A stretch of 64,000 nt of DNA. Source: Polyangiaceae bacterium. Its GTDB lineage: Bacteria > Myxococcota_A > Polyangia > Polyangiales > Polyangiaceae. The DNA is taken from positions 160,001 through 224,000 of the forward strand of contig JANRKO010000028.1 in NCBI GenBank assembly GCA_033763455.1. Reading direction: 5' to 3'. Positions 1-9,382 of the stretch are shown piece after piece; the stretch's first letter is position 1, and each line of letters begins with the position of its first letter. The translations under genes and the position numbers were made by a program. The notes below the pieces were generated by a model. It did no database searches. It worked only from the letters and a program-made list of their open reading frames with translations, and was not told the DNA's origin.

Positions 1-361
1 CGAAGATCAGCTGCGCGACTTGTTGCCTGTGTTCGATAACCTGGAACGTGCGGCGGCTCATGCTGGGTCCGCCACGGACGTGAAAGCGTTGCTAGATGGC
101 CTTCAAATGGTGATGCGCCAGTTCCAGGATGCGCTCAGCAAGCTCGGGGTGGAGCGGCTGGTTGGAGTCGGTCAGGCTTTTGATCCTGCCCTTCACGAAG
201 CGATTCAGCATATCGAGACGGCGGAGTATCCCCCCGGCGTTGTGGCTGCCGAGGCGCAGGCGGGCTATCGCATGAATGATCGCGTGATTCGTCCGGCGCT
301 GGTAGTTGTCGCCAAGGCTCCCGTTTCTGCTCCCGCCCAAACGTCTGAGTCAGACGCATAA
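1..361 (+). CDS. grpE: Nucleotide exchange factor GrpE (5' end outside the window)
   Basis: Open frame from base 2 (EDQLRDLLPVFDNLERA...GQAFDPALHEAI...GYRMNDRVIRPALVVV) carries GrpE motifs; directly upstream of dnaK. Confidence 0.95.
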   Translation, partial: EDQLRDLLPVFDNLERAAAHAGSATDVKALLDGLQMVMRQFQDALSKLGVERLVGVGQAFDPALHEAIQHIETAEYPPGVVAAEAQAGYRMNDRVIRPALVVVAKAPVSAPAQTSESDA

Positions 362-436
362 CGCACGCGGTCACCGGGCCGGGTGTGCTAGGGCGCTTAG
401 CACCCGGTGGTCCTCGGGCTATCTTACTGGGTCATT

Positions 437-2266
437 ATGGGAAAGGTGATCGGCATCGACCTTGGCACCACCAACTCGTGTGTTGCGGTCGTGGTGGGGA
501 CGACAGCGGCGGGTGAGCTGGACGTTAAGGTGATCCCCAATGCTGAAGGCGCACGCACGACTCCTTCAGTAGTTGCGTTTTCGGCGAAGGGCGAGCGCTT
601 GGTGGGGCAAGTTGCCAAACGCCAAGCCACCACTAACCCAGAAAACACGATCCACGCGGTGAAGCGTTTGATGGGCAGGAAGTTCACCGATGCGGACGTT
701 ACCCATCAAGCGGGTATCGTGGCCTACCAAGTGATGGCGCATGAAAACGGCGACGCTTGGGTAAAGCTAAATGGCAAGCCGATGTCGCCTCCAGAAGTTT
801 CTTCTGTAGTGCTGGCGTCGCTCAAGCAGGTTGCGGAGCGCTACTTGGGTGAGCCCATCACCGAAGCCATCATCACTGTTCCCGCCTACTTCGATGATGC
901 CCAGCGCCAGGCCACCAAAGACGCCGGAGCCGTGGCGGGGCTTGACGTGAAGCGCATCATCAACGAGCCGACAGCTGCGGCGGTTGCCTACGGCTTGGAC
1001 AAATCCAAAGCCGAGAAGGTTGCCGTGTACGATCTTGGCGGTGGCACGTTCGATATCTCGATATTGGAGATTTCAGGTGGTGTTTTCAACGTCAAAGGCA
1101 CAGGCGGCGACACCCACCTAGGCGGCGAAGACTTCGACAACCGGGTGATCGAAAAGCTTCTGGAAGAGTTCAAAGCAGCCAACAACTTCGATCTCAGCGC
1201 TGATCGCATGGCGCTGCAGCGCCTGCGCGAAGCCGCCGAGAAGGCGAAACACGAACTTAGCTCGTCGCTTGAAACGGAAATCAATATTCCGTTCATTGCT
1301 TCCGGGCCAACTGGGCCCTTGCATCTTGAGCGCACCCTGAAGCGCAATGAGCTCGAAACGCTCACGCGTGATCTTGTGGAGCGTACCTTGGTTGCGTGTC
1401 GCCAAGTGCTGAAAGACGTGGGCTTCGCGCCCAAAGATGTTGACCAAGTGGTCTTGGTGGGGGGCATGACGCGCATGCCCGCGGTGCAGAAGGCCGTAAA
1501 GGAGCTTTTTCAGCGGGAGCCGAGCAAAGAGGTCGACCCAGACGAAGTAGTAGCCGTTGGGGCCGCGATTCAAGGTGCTGCCCTTTCCGGGGTAATCGAC
1601 GAAGTATTGCTGCTCGATGTAACACCGCTTTCGATTGGTGTCGAAACCGGAGGTGGCGTTTTCACCCGGCTTATTCCACGCAACACTACCGTACCGACGG
1701 AGCAGAGCGAGATATTCACTACGAGCGTCGATAATCAGCACTTTGTTCCGATTCACGTACTCCAGGGCGAGCGTGAGATGGCGGTAGATAATCGTAGCCT
1801 CGCGCAATTCGAGCTCACGGGCATCCCACCGGCGCCGCGCGGAGTGCCCAAGATCGAAGTGAAGTTCCAGGTGGATGCGAACGGCATTTTGTCTGTGAAG
1901 GCGACGGACCTCGGCACCCAAAAATCTCAGGAAATCAAGGTGCGCCCCACAAGTGGCCTCTCTGAAGCTGAAGTGGAGCAATTGGTGAGTGAGGGGGATA
2001 AGTTCAAGGAGACCGACCAACTCCGGCGCGATCTGGCGGAGATCAAGAACCAATCCGAAACGCTCATCTACACCACTGAGCAAGCGCTAGATGCTTACAG
2101 TGATCTGCTTGGCGATAAATGCGAGCCGGTGCGCAAAGACATGGAGCGGTTGCGCCAGATGCTGGACTCAGGCGCGGATCTCACGCTTGTCCGAGAGGCG
2201 TACGCACGGCTTGAGAATGCGACGTTTGAGCTCGCGGAAGCGATGTACGGCGAGCCGGGAGCCTGA
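437..2266 (+). CDS. dnaK: Hsp70 chaperone DnaK (short C-terminal tail)
   Basis: [42 protein letters not shown] and [14 protein letters not shown] motifs; ATG at 437. Confidence 0.97.
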   Translation: MGKVIGIDLGTTNSCVAVVVGTTAAGELDVKVIPNAEGARTTPSVVAFSAKGERLVGQVAKRQATTNPENTIHAVKRLMGRKFTDADVTHQAGIVAYQVMAHENGDAWVKLNGKPMSPPEVSSVVLASLKQVAERYLGEPITEAIITVPAYFDDAQRQATKDAGAVAGLDVKRIINEPTAAAVAYGLDKSKAEKVAVYDLGGGTFDISILEISGGVFNVKGTGGDTHLGGEDFDNRVIEKLLEEFKAANNFDLSADRMALQRLREAAEKAKHELSSSLETEINIPFIASGPTGPLHLERTLKRNELETLTRDLVERTLVACRQVLKDVGFAPKDVDQVVLVGGMTRMPAVQKAVKELFQREPSKEVDPDEVVAVGAAIQGAALSGVIDEVLLLDVTPLSIGVETGGGVFTRLIPRNTTVPTEQSEIFTTSVDNQHFVPIHVLQGEREMAVDNRSLAQFELTGIPPAPRGVPKIEVKFQVDANGILSVKATDLGTQKSQEIKVRPTSGLSEAEVEQLVSEGDKFKETDQLRRDLAEIKNQSETLIYTTEQALDAYSDLLGDKCEPVRKDMERLRQMLDSGADLTLVREAYARLENATFELAEAMYGEPGA

Positions 2267-2276
2267 GTAACCGCAC

Positions 2277-5200
2277 GTGGTCGACTACGGACGCTACCAG
2301 CTAACCGCTCCTATCGGTCGCGGTCGCGTTGCCGAGGCTTTCAAGGCGAAGAGTTTTGGCGTCGAGGGTTTCGAAAAGGCCCTCGTTATCAAGCGGATTT
2401 TGCCAGAAGTAGCCGAAGATCCGGCGCGGCTAACAGCGGTGCTTCACGCCGCTCGGCGCTCGATGCGCCTGAGCCACGCCAATGTGGCTCAGGTGTTTGA
2501 TATGGGGGACGTGGTGGATGGCGCGAAAACAAGCCACTACCTCGCGACAGAATACGTTCCGGGCGTGACCCTCTCCGCGGTGCTTGAACGTTGCCGCATT
2601 TCGGGGACGGGCTTGCCTGCCCGGGTGGCCTTATTTGTAGCCACCGAGGTTGCCAAAGGTTTGGATCACGCCCACCGGTGTCGGGATGAGGGCGGTTTGC
2701 CGCATGGCGTTGTTCACGGGGCTCTCACACCCAACAATATACTGTTAAGTTGGGACGGCGAGGTGAAGCTGAGTGACTTCGGTTTGGTTCTGGCTGCGGA
2801 ATCTTCTGGCGCATCAGCGGCTGATGATCTCCGCTCCCTCGGGCAGCTCTTGCTGGATATTCTTGAAGCCCCCAGAAGCGTTCAGGACGAGAGTGCCCCT
2901 CCTTCAGAGCGTGAAGTGACGGGTGAAGCTGTGCGCGCACTCCTAGCGGCCATACCTCCTTTATCGCTCTCCGCAGCGGGCTTCTACGAGGCCTTGATGG
3001 AGCACGCCTACGCGATTCGAGCTCCGCTCAACGCCGACGCTTTGGCAGAATTCGTCGAAAAGAGCCGAACCACCCCGCTCACGAATCCGCCGACGCTCTT
3101 TGAAGGTGCATTGGCGTACGTGGGTGAATCCCTTCCACCGCGAATTAGCGCGGCAGGCTCGACGCCCCTTCCTCCCGCACTTTCGGCGTCAGCACCCTTT
3201 GTGGGTCAGGGAGTTGCTGCGCTTTCTCTCCGGCTTGGGAATGGCTCTGGGCTCGAAGTTGTGCGGGAGTTGGCTGAGGAGTGGCTAGCTCGGCACGGCG
3301 CAACCGTGGTGACTCATTCTTCACGTGAGCTTGAGGCGTATTTTCTACAGGGCCAAGACCCAGTGCTGGCCACAACCCTTGCTGCTCGGACCGCGCTTGA
3401 GATCCTCACTCGTGGGGCCAAGCTGGATCCCACGTTGAGCGCTGGGCTGGATCTCGGAGAGGTGAACCTGAATGCAGATGCTTCAATCGTCGATGACGAA
3501 AAGCGCCGCCTGGTGTTTGCTTCCACGCGCTCGCTCTCATCTTCGTCTTCAGGGCGTCTTGGCGTGAGCGCTGGCGTTGCTACCTACCTGCAAACCTGGT
3601 TCGAGCTCGAAACGTTAGAGCCTGATGCGGGCGTTTGGTTGGTGGGGCAGTTGCGCCCGCTTCATAGCGCTACCCGTTTTGTTGGACGAAAGAGTGAGCT
3701 CGGGGAACTTGGGAATCGTTTGGTACAGGCCGTGCGCGGTACTCCCTCGGCGGTAGGGGTTGTGGGTGAAGGGGGCATCGGCAAATCCCGACTCCTGCGC
3801 GAAATGCGCCGACGTCTTAAGAAGGGCACGGTGAACGTCGGCTTCTACATGGTCAATTGCCGCGCCAACTCGAGCACGGTACCCTATTCTGCGGTGGGGG
3901 ACATGTTGCGAAAGCTTTGTGGCGTACGCGAAAACGACGTGGGCGATTGGACTTCAGTGGTTCAGCCCCGGTTGCGCACACTTGGTCTGGGTGAGGACGA
4001 GATCCAGAGTGTGTTGATAGCTCTGGGGGCGCGCTCGCTCGCCACGGCCCAGTTCAATCCGGCGTTTCTCGAAGGTGGCATGGCCAAGATGATGCATAGC
4101 CTCTCTTTGGAGCGCCCACATCTCTTTGCCTTTGATCGCGCCGAACACTTAGACGTCCAAAGCGCAGACCTTTTAGGGAGCGTAGTAGCGCGTTTGAAGC
4201 ACTCGCGCACTCTTTTGGTATTTGCGGGCCGCGCTGGAAGTGTGGGTTTTCTGCGGGAAATACCGGGATATTCCGAATTTTCGCTGGGTACGCTCCTTAG
4301 CGAGGACATTACTCGGCTGGTGCAATTCGGCACAGGCGTTGCGAACGTTCCGGACGAGCTCGTTGAATTTGTTATCGAGCAGAGCGCGGGGCATCCGATG
4401 GTGGCCATCGAACTGTTGCGTGAAGGCATTGAACGAGGGGCTATCCAGACGCTGGACGAACATAGCGTCAAGTTCTCGGTTCCCTTTGATGCGGAGGTGC
4501 GTTCGCTCCGCGAGTTCTTAGAGGCGCGGCTTCTGGCTTTGAGCGAAGCCGAGCGGGCCGTGCTCACGGCGGTGGTCGTGCTGGATGAGCCCGTGGCCTT
4601 GGCTGCAATCTCAACTGTGAGTGAGTTATCGCTCGCGGAAGTAGCATCTGTGGTAGATGATCTTGAAGTCCGCGGGATGCTGCAGAGGCTTTCGCCCGGC
4701 ACAGTGGCCATTGCGGTGCAGGTGTTGGCTGAGGTGGTGGCCGTCGCTACCGAGCGCGCGCACTGGCAGAAGCTGCATGAGCGGGCCGCTCGCTATTATC
4801 AGGGCCTTCTGGGCGGTTTAGGCTTCGAAGCTGGGGCGCGCGTGGCGCAACATTTGGATGCAGCTGGCAAGCGCGACGAGGCGCGCCTGGCTTATGGCGA
4901 ACACGGCCTCAACCTGGTCCATTGTGGGCTGCTCGAGCAAGCCGCATGGCACCTTAGCCGGGCGCTTGGGTTGACGGCGTCGGATGGTGAGGACATTGAG
5001 CGCGTGGCAAGCTGGGTGTCGGCCTTGCTGCTCTGCGTTTCGCGAAGCTCCTTCCCCGAACTTGCTCCCGCACTAGTCGCCTCGGCGGAGCTCCTGTTGC
5101 AGCAGAACACAACCGATCCGTCACGCCTCAAGGCGGCGCTCGACGCGGCCGAAGCGCTGTCGGAGTTGCACCGTTTCCGTGAGGCGGAATCGGTGCTGGG

Positions 5201-5981
5201 CGTGGTGGTTGCCCGAGCCGACGGTCTGCCTGGCTTGGTGCGTCGCGCGTTAACGCTAGAGGCGACGCTGGCGGCTCAGCTCGGCCAATTCCCGAGGGCC
5301 GTGCGGGCCCTCGAACGAACAGCCGAGTTCGGGCAGGGCTCTACGAGCGACCAACACCGAGTGTTGGTGACGCTGGCACAAGCGCTTGCGGGCGCAGGCG
5401 AACATTCGCGTGCCCTCGCCACGTTGGCCGAAGCTGAGGCGCTTGCCCCAAAGGTTGGAACACTCGAAGCCTGCCAGCGTGCGCGCTCTCGAGCTTTTCT
5501 CTTGGCCTGCCAAGGTGACGACGCCGCTGCGGCAGTGGCAGCGGCGCGTGCGGTGGGGCTTGCAGAGAGCGCCGGTATCTTGTCCGAATTGGCCCAATCG
5601 CTGCACGACGAAGGGGTCGCGCTTTTGCTGGCAAATGATCTGCCCAAGTGCTTCGCCACTTGTAGCCGCGCGGCTCTTGTGGCGTCGCAGACGGGCTCCG
5701 AGCGACTCATCAACGCAAGCCGCTTGCTGCTTGCGTACCTCGATGGCCAGCGAGACGGGGTGGAAGCTGAGCGCCAACTTCGGCAGGGCGTTGAGGTTGC
5801 TACTGACGAAGGTTGGCCCGGCGATGCCGTGCTTGCCAGGTACCTGCTGGGGCGAATGCTGCTTGAGTCCGATCAGCCGAGCCGAGGTCGTGATGAGCTT
5901 AGCCTTGCTCTCCAAGCAGCCGACGCCCTTGGCAATCAGCGCTGGGCCCGCTTGTGCCGGCTCGCAGCGACGAGCACCTAG
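2277..5981 (+). CDS. Degenerate Ser/Thr kinase + cyclase-like + AAA/STAND ATPase + TPR-like helical repeat protein
   Basis: Kinase N-lobe (IGRGRVAEAF, GFEKALVIKRILP, SHANVAQVFD) with HGALTPNNILL and SDFG; Walker A GEGGIGKS after FVGRKSEL; Ala/Leu-rich helical C-terminus. Confidence 0.85.
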   Translation: MVDYGRYQLTAPIGRGRVAEAFKAKSFGVEGFEKALVIKRILPEVAEDPARLTAVLHAARRSMRLSHANVAQVFDMGDVVDGAKTSHYLATEYVPGVTLSAVLERCRISGTGLPARVALFVATEVAKGLDHAHRCRDEGGLPHGVVHGALTPNNILLSWDGEVKLSDFGLVLAAESSGASAADDLRSLGQLLLDILEAPRSVQDESAPPSEREVTGEAVRALLAAIPPLSLSAAGFYEALMEHAYAIRAPLNADALAEFVEKSRTTPLTNPPTLFEGALAYVGESLPPRISAAGSTPLPPALSASAPFVGQGVAALSLRLGNGSGLEVVRELAEEWLARHGATVVTHSSRELEAYFLQGQDPVLATTLAARTALEILTRGAKLDPTLSAGLDLGEVNLNADASIVDDEKRRLVFASTRSLSSSSSGRLGVSAGVATYLQTWFELETLEPDAGVWLVGQLRPLHSATRFVGRKSELGELGNRLVQAVRGTPSAVGVVGEGGIGKSRLLREMRRRLKKGTVNVGFYMVNCRANSSTVPYSAVGDMLRKLCGVRENDVGDWTSVVQPRLRTLGLGEDEIQSVLIALGARSLATAQFNPAFLEGGMAKMMHSLSLERPHLFAFDRAEHLDVQSADLLGSVVARLKHSRTLLVFAGRAGSVGFLREIPGYSEFSLGTLLSEDITRLVQFGTGVANVPDELVEFVIEQSAGHPMVAIELLREGIERGAIQTLDEHSVKFSVPFDAEVRSLREFLEARLLALSEAERAVLTAVVVLDEPVALAAISTVSELSLAEVASVVDDLEVRGMLQRLSPGTVAIAVQVLAEVVAVATERAHWQKLHERAARYYQGLLGGLGFEAGARVAQHLDAAGKRDEARLAYGEHGLNLVHCGLLEQAAWHLSRALGLTASDGEDIERVASWVSALLLCVSRSSFPELAPALVASAELLLQQNTTDPSRLKAALDAAEALSELHRFREAESVLGVVVARADGLPGLVRRALTLEATLAAQLGQFPRAVRALERTAEFGQGSTSDQHRVLVTLAQALAGAGEHSRALATLAEAEALAPKVGTLEACQRARSRAFLLACQGDDAAAAVAAARAVGLAESAGILSELAQSLHDEGVALLLANDLPKCFATCSRAALVASQTGSERLINASRLLLAYLDGQRDGVEAERQLRQGVEVATDEGWPGDAVLARYLLGRMLLESDQPSRGRDELSLALQAADALGNQRWARLCRLAATST

Positions 5982-6205
5982 ACGACTTTTTTTACGCCAG
6001 GCGTGGGTTCTTCACCCACCACCTGACGGAGGCTGACTTTGGCGACGCCGGGGCCGGCCGGAGTACCCGTCCACAGTGTTACCGTCGTCTCGTTGGACGG
6101 AAAAGAGGTGTCTACCCGTACGATCGAGCCCACGCGCCCGTCTTCGAGCCTCACCTTCGAGCGTGAGGTCATGAAACGGTGGAGGTGGCGGAGCGACGTG
6201 CTCAT
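5978..6205 (-). CDS. Small hypothetical protein, beta-rich (SH3/KOW-like)
   Basis: 75 aa with KVRLEDGRVGSIVRVD; GAGG and TATAAG upstream of the ATG; stop overlaps the convergent kinase stop. Confidence 0.6.
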   Translation of the reverse strand: MSTSLRHLHRFMTSRSKVRLEDGRVGSIVRVDTSFPSNETTVTLWTGTPAGPGVAKVSLRQVVGEEPTPGVKKVV

Positions 6206-6324
6206 GCCTCACTTATACCCCACCGCACGGAGCTTGTCAGATTTCAGGCAAGTTCCAGCATTGTGACCTACGGCTCGGGCCTCCCCCAAACCCCGGAGCG
6301 CCCTCTGCTGCGGCTCAAAAACGG

Positions 6325-7791
6325 TCAGCTGTCCGAGGAAGCCAGCCTGCGCTCTAGCTCTTCGAGGTGAGCCTTCACCTGCGGATCTGTTCCCCGCAGC
6401 GACTCCACCTTGCGCACGGCGCTCATGACAGTGGTGTGGTCGCGATCGCCGAACGCACGCCCAAGCTCGGGGAAGCTCGACCGTAGCCGCTGCCGGCATA
6501 GGTACATGGCAACCTGGCGGGCAAAGGCGACGCTCTTGTGGCGATCTTTGCCGAGCAGATCCGTATTGCTCAGCCGGAAGTGGTGACACACGGCCTTCTG
6601 AATGTCGCTGACGCTCAGCAAATCAGGACGCTGCGGAGCTACAACGGAAATTTCCCGCTGCATAAATGCCAGATCGATCGGCTGCCCGGTGAGCGATGAT
6701 TTGGCGGCCAGACGAATCAGCACCCCTTCGAGCTCACGCACGTTGCTCTGAATCGTTTGCGCCAGCGCCACCGCTATTTCGTCGGTAATCGTGATATTTT
6801 CCAGCTCTGCCTTCTTCCGTACGATGGCGACGCGGGTTTCGAGCTGAGGGATCTGAATATCTGCAACTAGGCCCGAGGTGAAACGCGAGACGAGACGCTC
6901 GGGCATGCGCTGAAGCTGCTGCGGATATTTATCGCTGGTAACCACGATGGGCTTGTCCGCATCGCGGAGCGCGTTGAACGTGTGGAAGAATTCTTCCTGG
7001 GTTTGTTCGCGCCCTGCGAGAAACTGAATGTCGTCGAGCAGTAGCAAATCGCAATCACTGCGATAGCGTGCGCGGAACTCATCCATTCGGTGGTTCTGGA
7101 GGGCCTCGATGAATTCGTTGGTGAAGTGCTCGGCAGATACGTAAACGATGCGAGCCTCAGGCTGGCGATCCAACACACGGTGGGCGATGGCGTGCATCAA
7201 GTGGGTCTTGCCGAGACCCGTGCCGCCTGCAATGAAAAGCGGATTGTAACGTGGCCCTCCACCGCCAGCTGAGCCCAGGGCCGCTGCATAAGCGAGCTCA
7301 TTGGAGGGCCCCACTACGAAGTTCGGGAAGGTGAACTTCGGCATCAGTGTGGCCATCAAGCGCGCCCGCGCGGCGACGCTCTGGGCGCTTGCTGGGCGCT
7401 CGCTTCGAGGCCTAGGCCGGACGCTACCGCTGCCACTCGGAACGGCCTCAGAGCGGGGATGAGAAACTTCCGCAGGGGCTTCGCACACAGGGGTTTGGAT
7501 GTCAGAGCGGATTTGCCAGACCACCTGGACTGGTGCGGCTGCCAAGCGCTCAAGCTCGCCTTGCAGCGCGGGAAGGAAGTGAGCCTTCACCCAATCCATA
7601 ACGAACTCATTGCGCGCAACGAGCTCAAGACGTTCACCATCGAACGCCTGGAACTGCACACTTGAGAACCACTGCTCAAACGACGCGGGTGAACGTTTGC
7701 GCGTGTGGTCCACAGCCTGCGCCCACATTGCCTGGAACACCGATGAGTGCGCGGGAGAAGAACGGAGAAGCGACGGCAATTCGAGAGCCAC
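6325..7791 (-). CDS. dnaA: Chromosomal replication initiator DnaA
   Basis: FTFPNFVVGPSNELA, YNPLFIAGGTGLGKTHL, LLLLDDIQFL, QEEFFHTFN, SNVRELEG, RDHTTV. Exact start uncertain. Confidence 0.95.
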   Translation of the reverse strand: MALELPSLLRSSPAHSSVFQAMWAQAVDHTRKRSPASFEQWFSSVQFQAFDGERLELVARNEFVMDWVKAHFLPALQGELERLAAAPVQVVWQIRSDIQTPVCEAPAEVSHPRSEAVPSGSGSVRPRPRSERPASAQSVAARARLMATLMPKFTFPNFVVGPSNELAYAAALGSAGGGGPRYNPLFIAGGTGLGKTHLMHAIAHRVLDRQPEARIVYVSAEHFTNEFIEALQNHRMDEFRARYRSDCDLLLLDDIQFLAGREQTQEEFFHTFNALRDADKPIVVTSDKYPQQLQRMPERLVSRFTSGLVADIQIPQLETRVAIVRKKAELENITITDEIAVALAQTIQSNVRELEGVLIRLAAKSSLTGQPIDLAFMQREISVVAPQRPDLLSVSDIQKAVCHHFRLSNTDLLGKDRHKSVAFARQVAMYLCRQRLRSSFPELGRAFGDRDHTTVMSAVRKVESLRGTDPQVKAHLEELERRLASSDS

Positions 7792-8268
7792 TAGTAGAAA
7801 ACCCCTATGTTTTCAAAAGGGAACGGGACACGAATCCGCTCCCTCACGAGCACGTAATAATGTTGCAGCCTGGGTCCCAGACGCCCCACTGTTTGTGGAA
7901 AGAACCAATCCAGGAAGCGCTGGCGAGTACCACTCCTTCACCAAGAACCGCAAGCCCGACGATCGCTCTTCGTATGTCTCTCTCGAACAAAGACGGCACA
8001 AACGTGTCACAGAAAAATTGAGCTCACCACGACTCGTGGATGCGTGAGCAAGCACGCCGCGGATCACACTTCCGGAGCACCGTGAAATCAGCCCTCTTGA
8101 AGTGGCAACGCGCTTCCGAGAGCAAATGCTCGGGGTTTGGTGCGTCAAGCGTAAGTCATCCGCGAGATGCATTTTTGTTGGCCCGTGTGTTGCTGTGCGT
8201 TCAACAATGCCGCGTTTGGGAACCGGCCGCGCTACCAATAAGTTTTCGGTTGCTAGCGAGAGCGTTCG

Positions 8269-9378
8269 ATGCTTCCGATGCGCGGCATGATGAAGAGCGC
8301 GCGTGTCAGCCCCCTGCCGAAGTTCGTCCGGCTTTGGACAGAAACGCGGGGCTGCCGCTCAGCTGAGAGCGCATTGAGCGGAAGGCCGTTCCAAAGAGTC
8401 CACGGGCGACTGAGGCCGCTCACGACGGGTGCACTGTGGCTCTTGGCAATTGGGTTTGGTGTGGAGCAGGGACACGCCGAACCGAGCAAGCTGCCTCCCG
8501 AAGTTGGCTACAACTATGGCGAGGTTGAGACCGCGCGCATTGCAGGGACCGCTCAATCACAGCGTGCTTTGTCGAACTCTGCGAGTGCCTTGTATTCCAA
8601 CCCCGCCAACATCGTCGCCACCCGCGTTTACCATATAGCTGGGCTGCTCGAACTTCACACGCCGGAGGCGCAGCGCCGGACACTCGGCCTCGCGGCGGTG
8701 GACTCGGTAACTAATGGATCCATCGGCGCTGGGCTCGGCCTCAATTGGTCCCGCCAGGATACGGAGGGCATCAACCGCGACTACATGGATGCTCGCCTTG
8801 CTATTGCTGCGCCAGTTTCGGATAGCCTAGCAATTGGCGTGGGTGGCCGCTATTTGAAGCTAAAACAGCTCGGCCAGGGGCCACTCGGAGTGAGCCTTGC
8901 ATCCTCGGGATTGGGTGCAGATCCCATAGTGAGTGATCTTGGTTTAGACGCAGGAGCCACGGTGAAGTTGACGCCGGAATTTTCCATCGCAGCCGTGGGA
9001 ATGAATATCAACAATCCGGACAACGGTTTTATGCCCACGAGTGCTTCTTTGGCGCTCGGGCTTTCGCTTCCCAACGTGGCCGTGGGAGCGGATCTTACTT
9101 TTGATTTTACCACCTGGCAGAAAACAACGCTGCGCCCAGCGTTGGGTGTGGAGGCCCTCTTGGGTGATAACTTCCCAGTGCGCGCAGGTTACCGTTACGA
9201 CGAAGGTGCAAGGAGCCACGCCGTCGCAGCGGGGGTTGGTTATTTAGATACGTCGATCGGGATAGACATCGCTGGCCGTCGCGTGGTGAGTGGGGACACC
9301 TCCACGGCTTTCATGGCAACGTTTACGTATTTTCTTGAGTCCAGTGGGCTCGCATCGTCACCCACCGAGTCTTTTTGA
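8269..9378 (+). CDS. Outer-membrane beta-barrel protein (PorV/FadL-like)
   Basis: Signal-like hydrophobic segment, ALYSNPAN motif, alternating amphipathic strands (PVRAGYRYD, VAAGVGY, FMATFTYF). True start probably downstream of 8269. Confidence 0.65.
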   Translation: MLPMRGMMKSARVSPLPKFVRLWTETRGCRSAESALSGRPFQRVHGRLRPLTTGALWLLAIGFGVEQGHAEPSKLPPEVGYNYGEVETARIAGTAQSQRALSNSASALYSNPANIVATRVYHIAGLLELHTPEAQRRTLGLAAVDSVTNGSIGAGLGLNWSRQDTEGINRDYMDARLAIAAPVSDSLAIGVGGRYLKLKQLGQGPLGVSLASSGLGADPIVSDLGLDAGATVKLTPEFSIAAVGMNINNPDNGFMPTSASLALGLSLPNVAVGADLTFDFTTWQKTTLRPALGVEALLGDNFPVRAGYRYDEGARSHAVAAGVGYLDTSIGIDIAGRRVVSGDTSTAFMATFTYFLESSGLASSPTESF

Positions 9379-9382
9379 GGGC

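Noticed and set aside
379..424. CIRCE-like TTAGCACCC upstream of dnaK
   Set aside because: Its complementary arm lies upstream (wrong orientation for CIRCE) and the downstream half-site matches poorly; more likely a simple intergenic hairpin.
1118..2083. 321-aa antisense ORF inside dnaK
   Set aside because: Typical shadow frame opposite dnaK in GC-rich genomes; no protein motifs.
7792..8268. oriC or ncRNA upstream of dnaA
   Set aside because: No cluster of TTATCCACA boxes or clear AT-rich unwinding element; the small hairpins do not match an RNA family I recognise.
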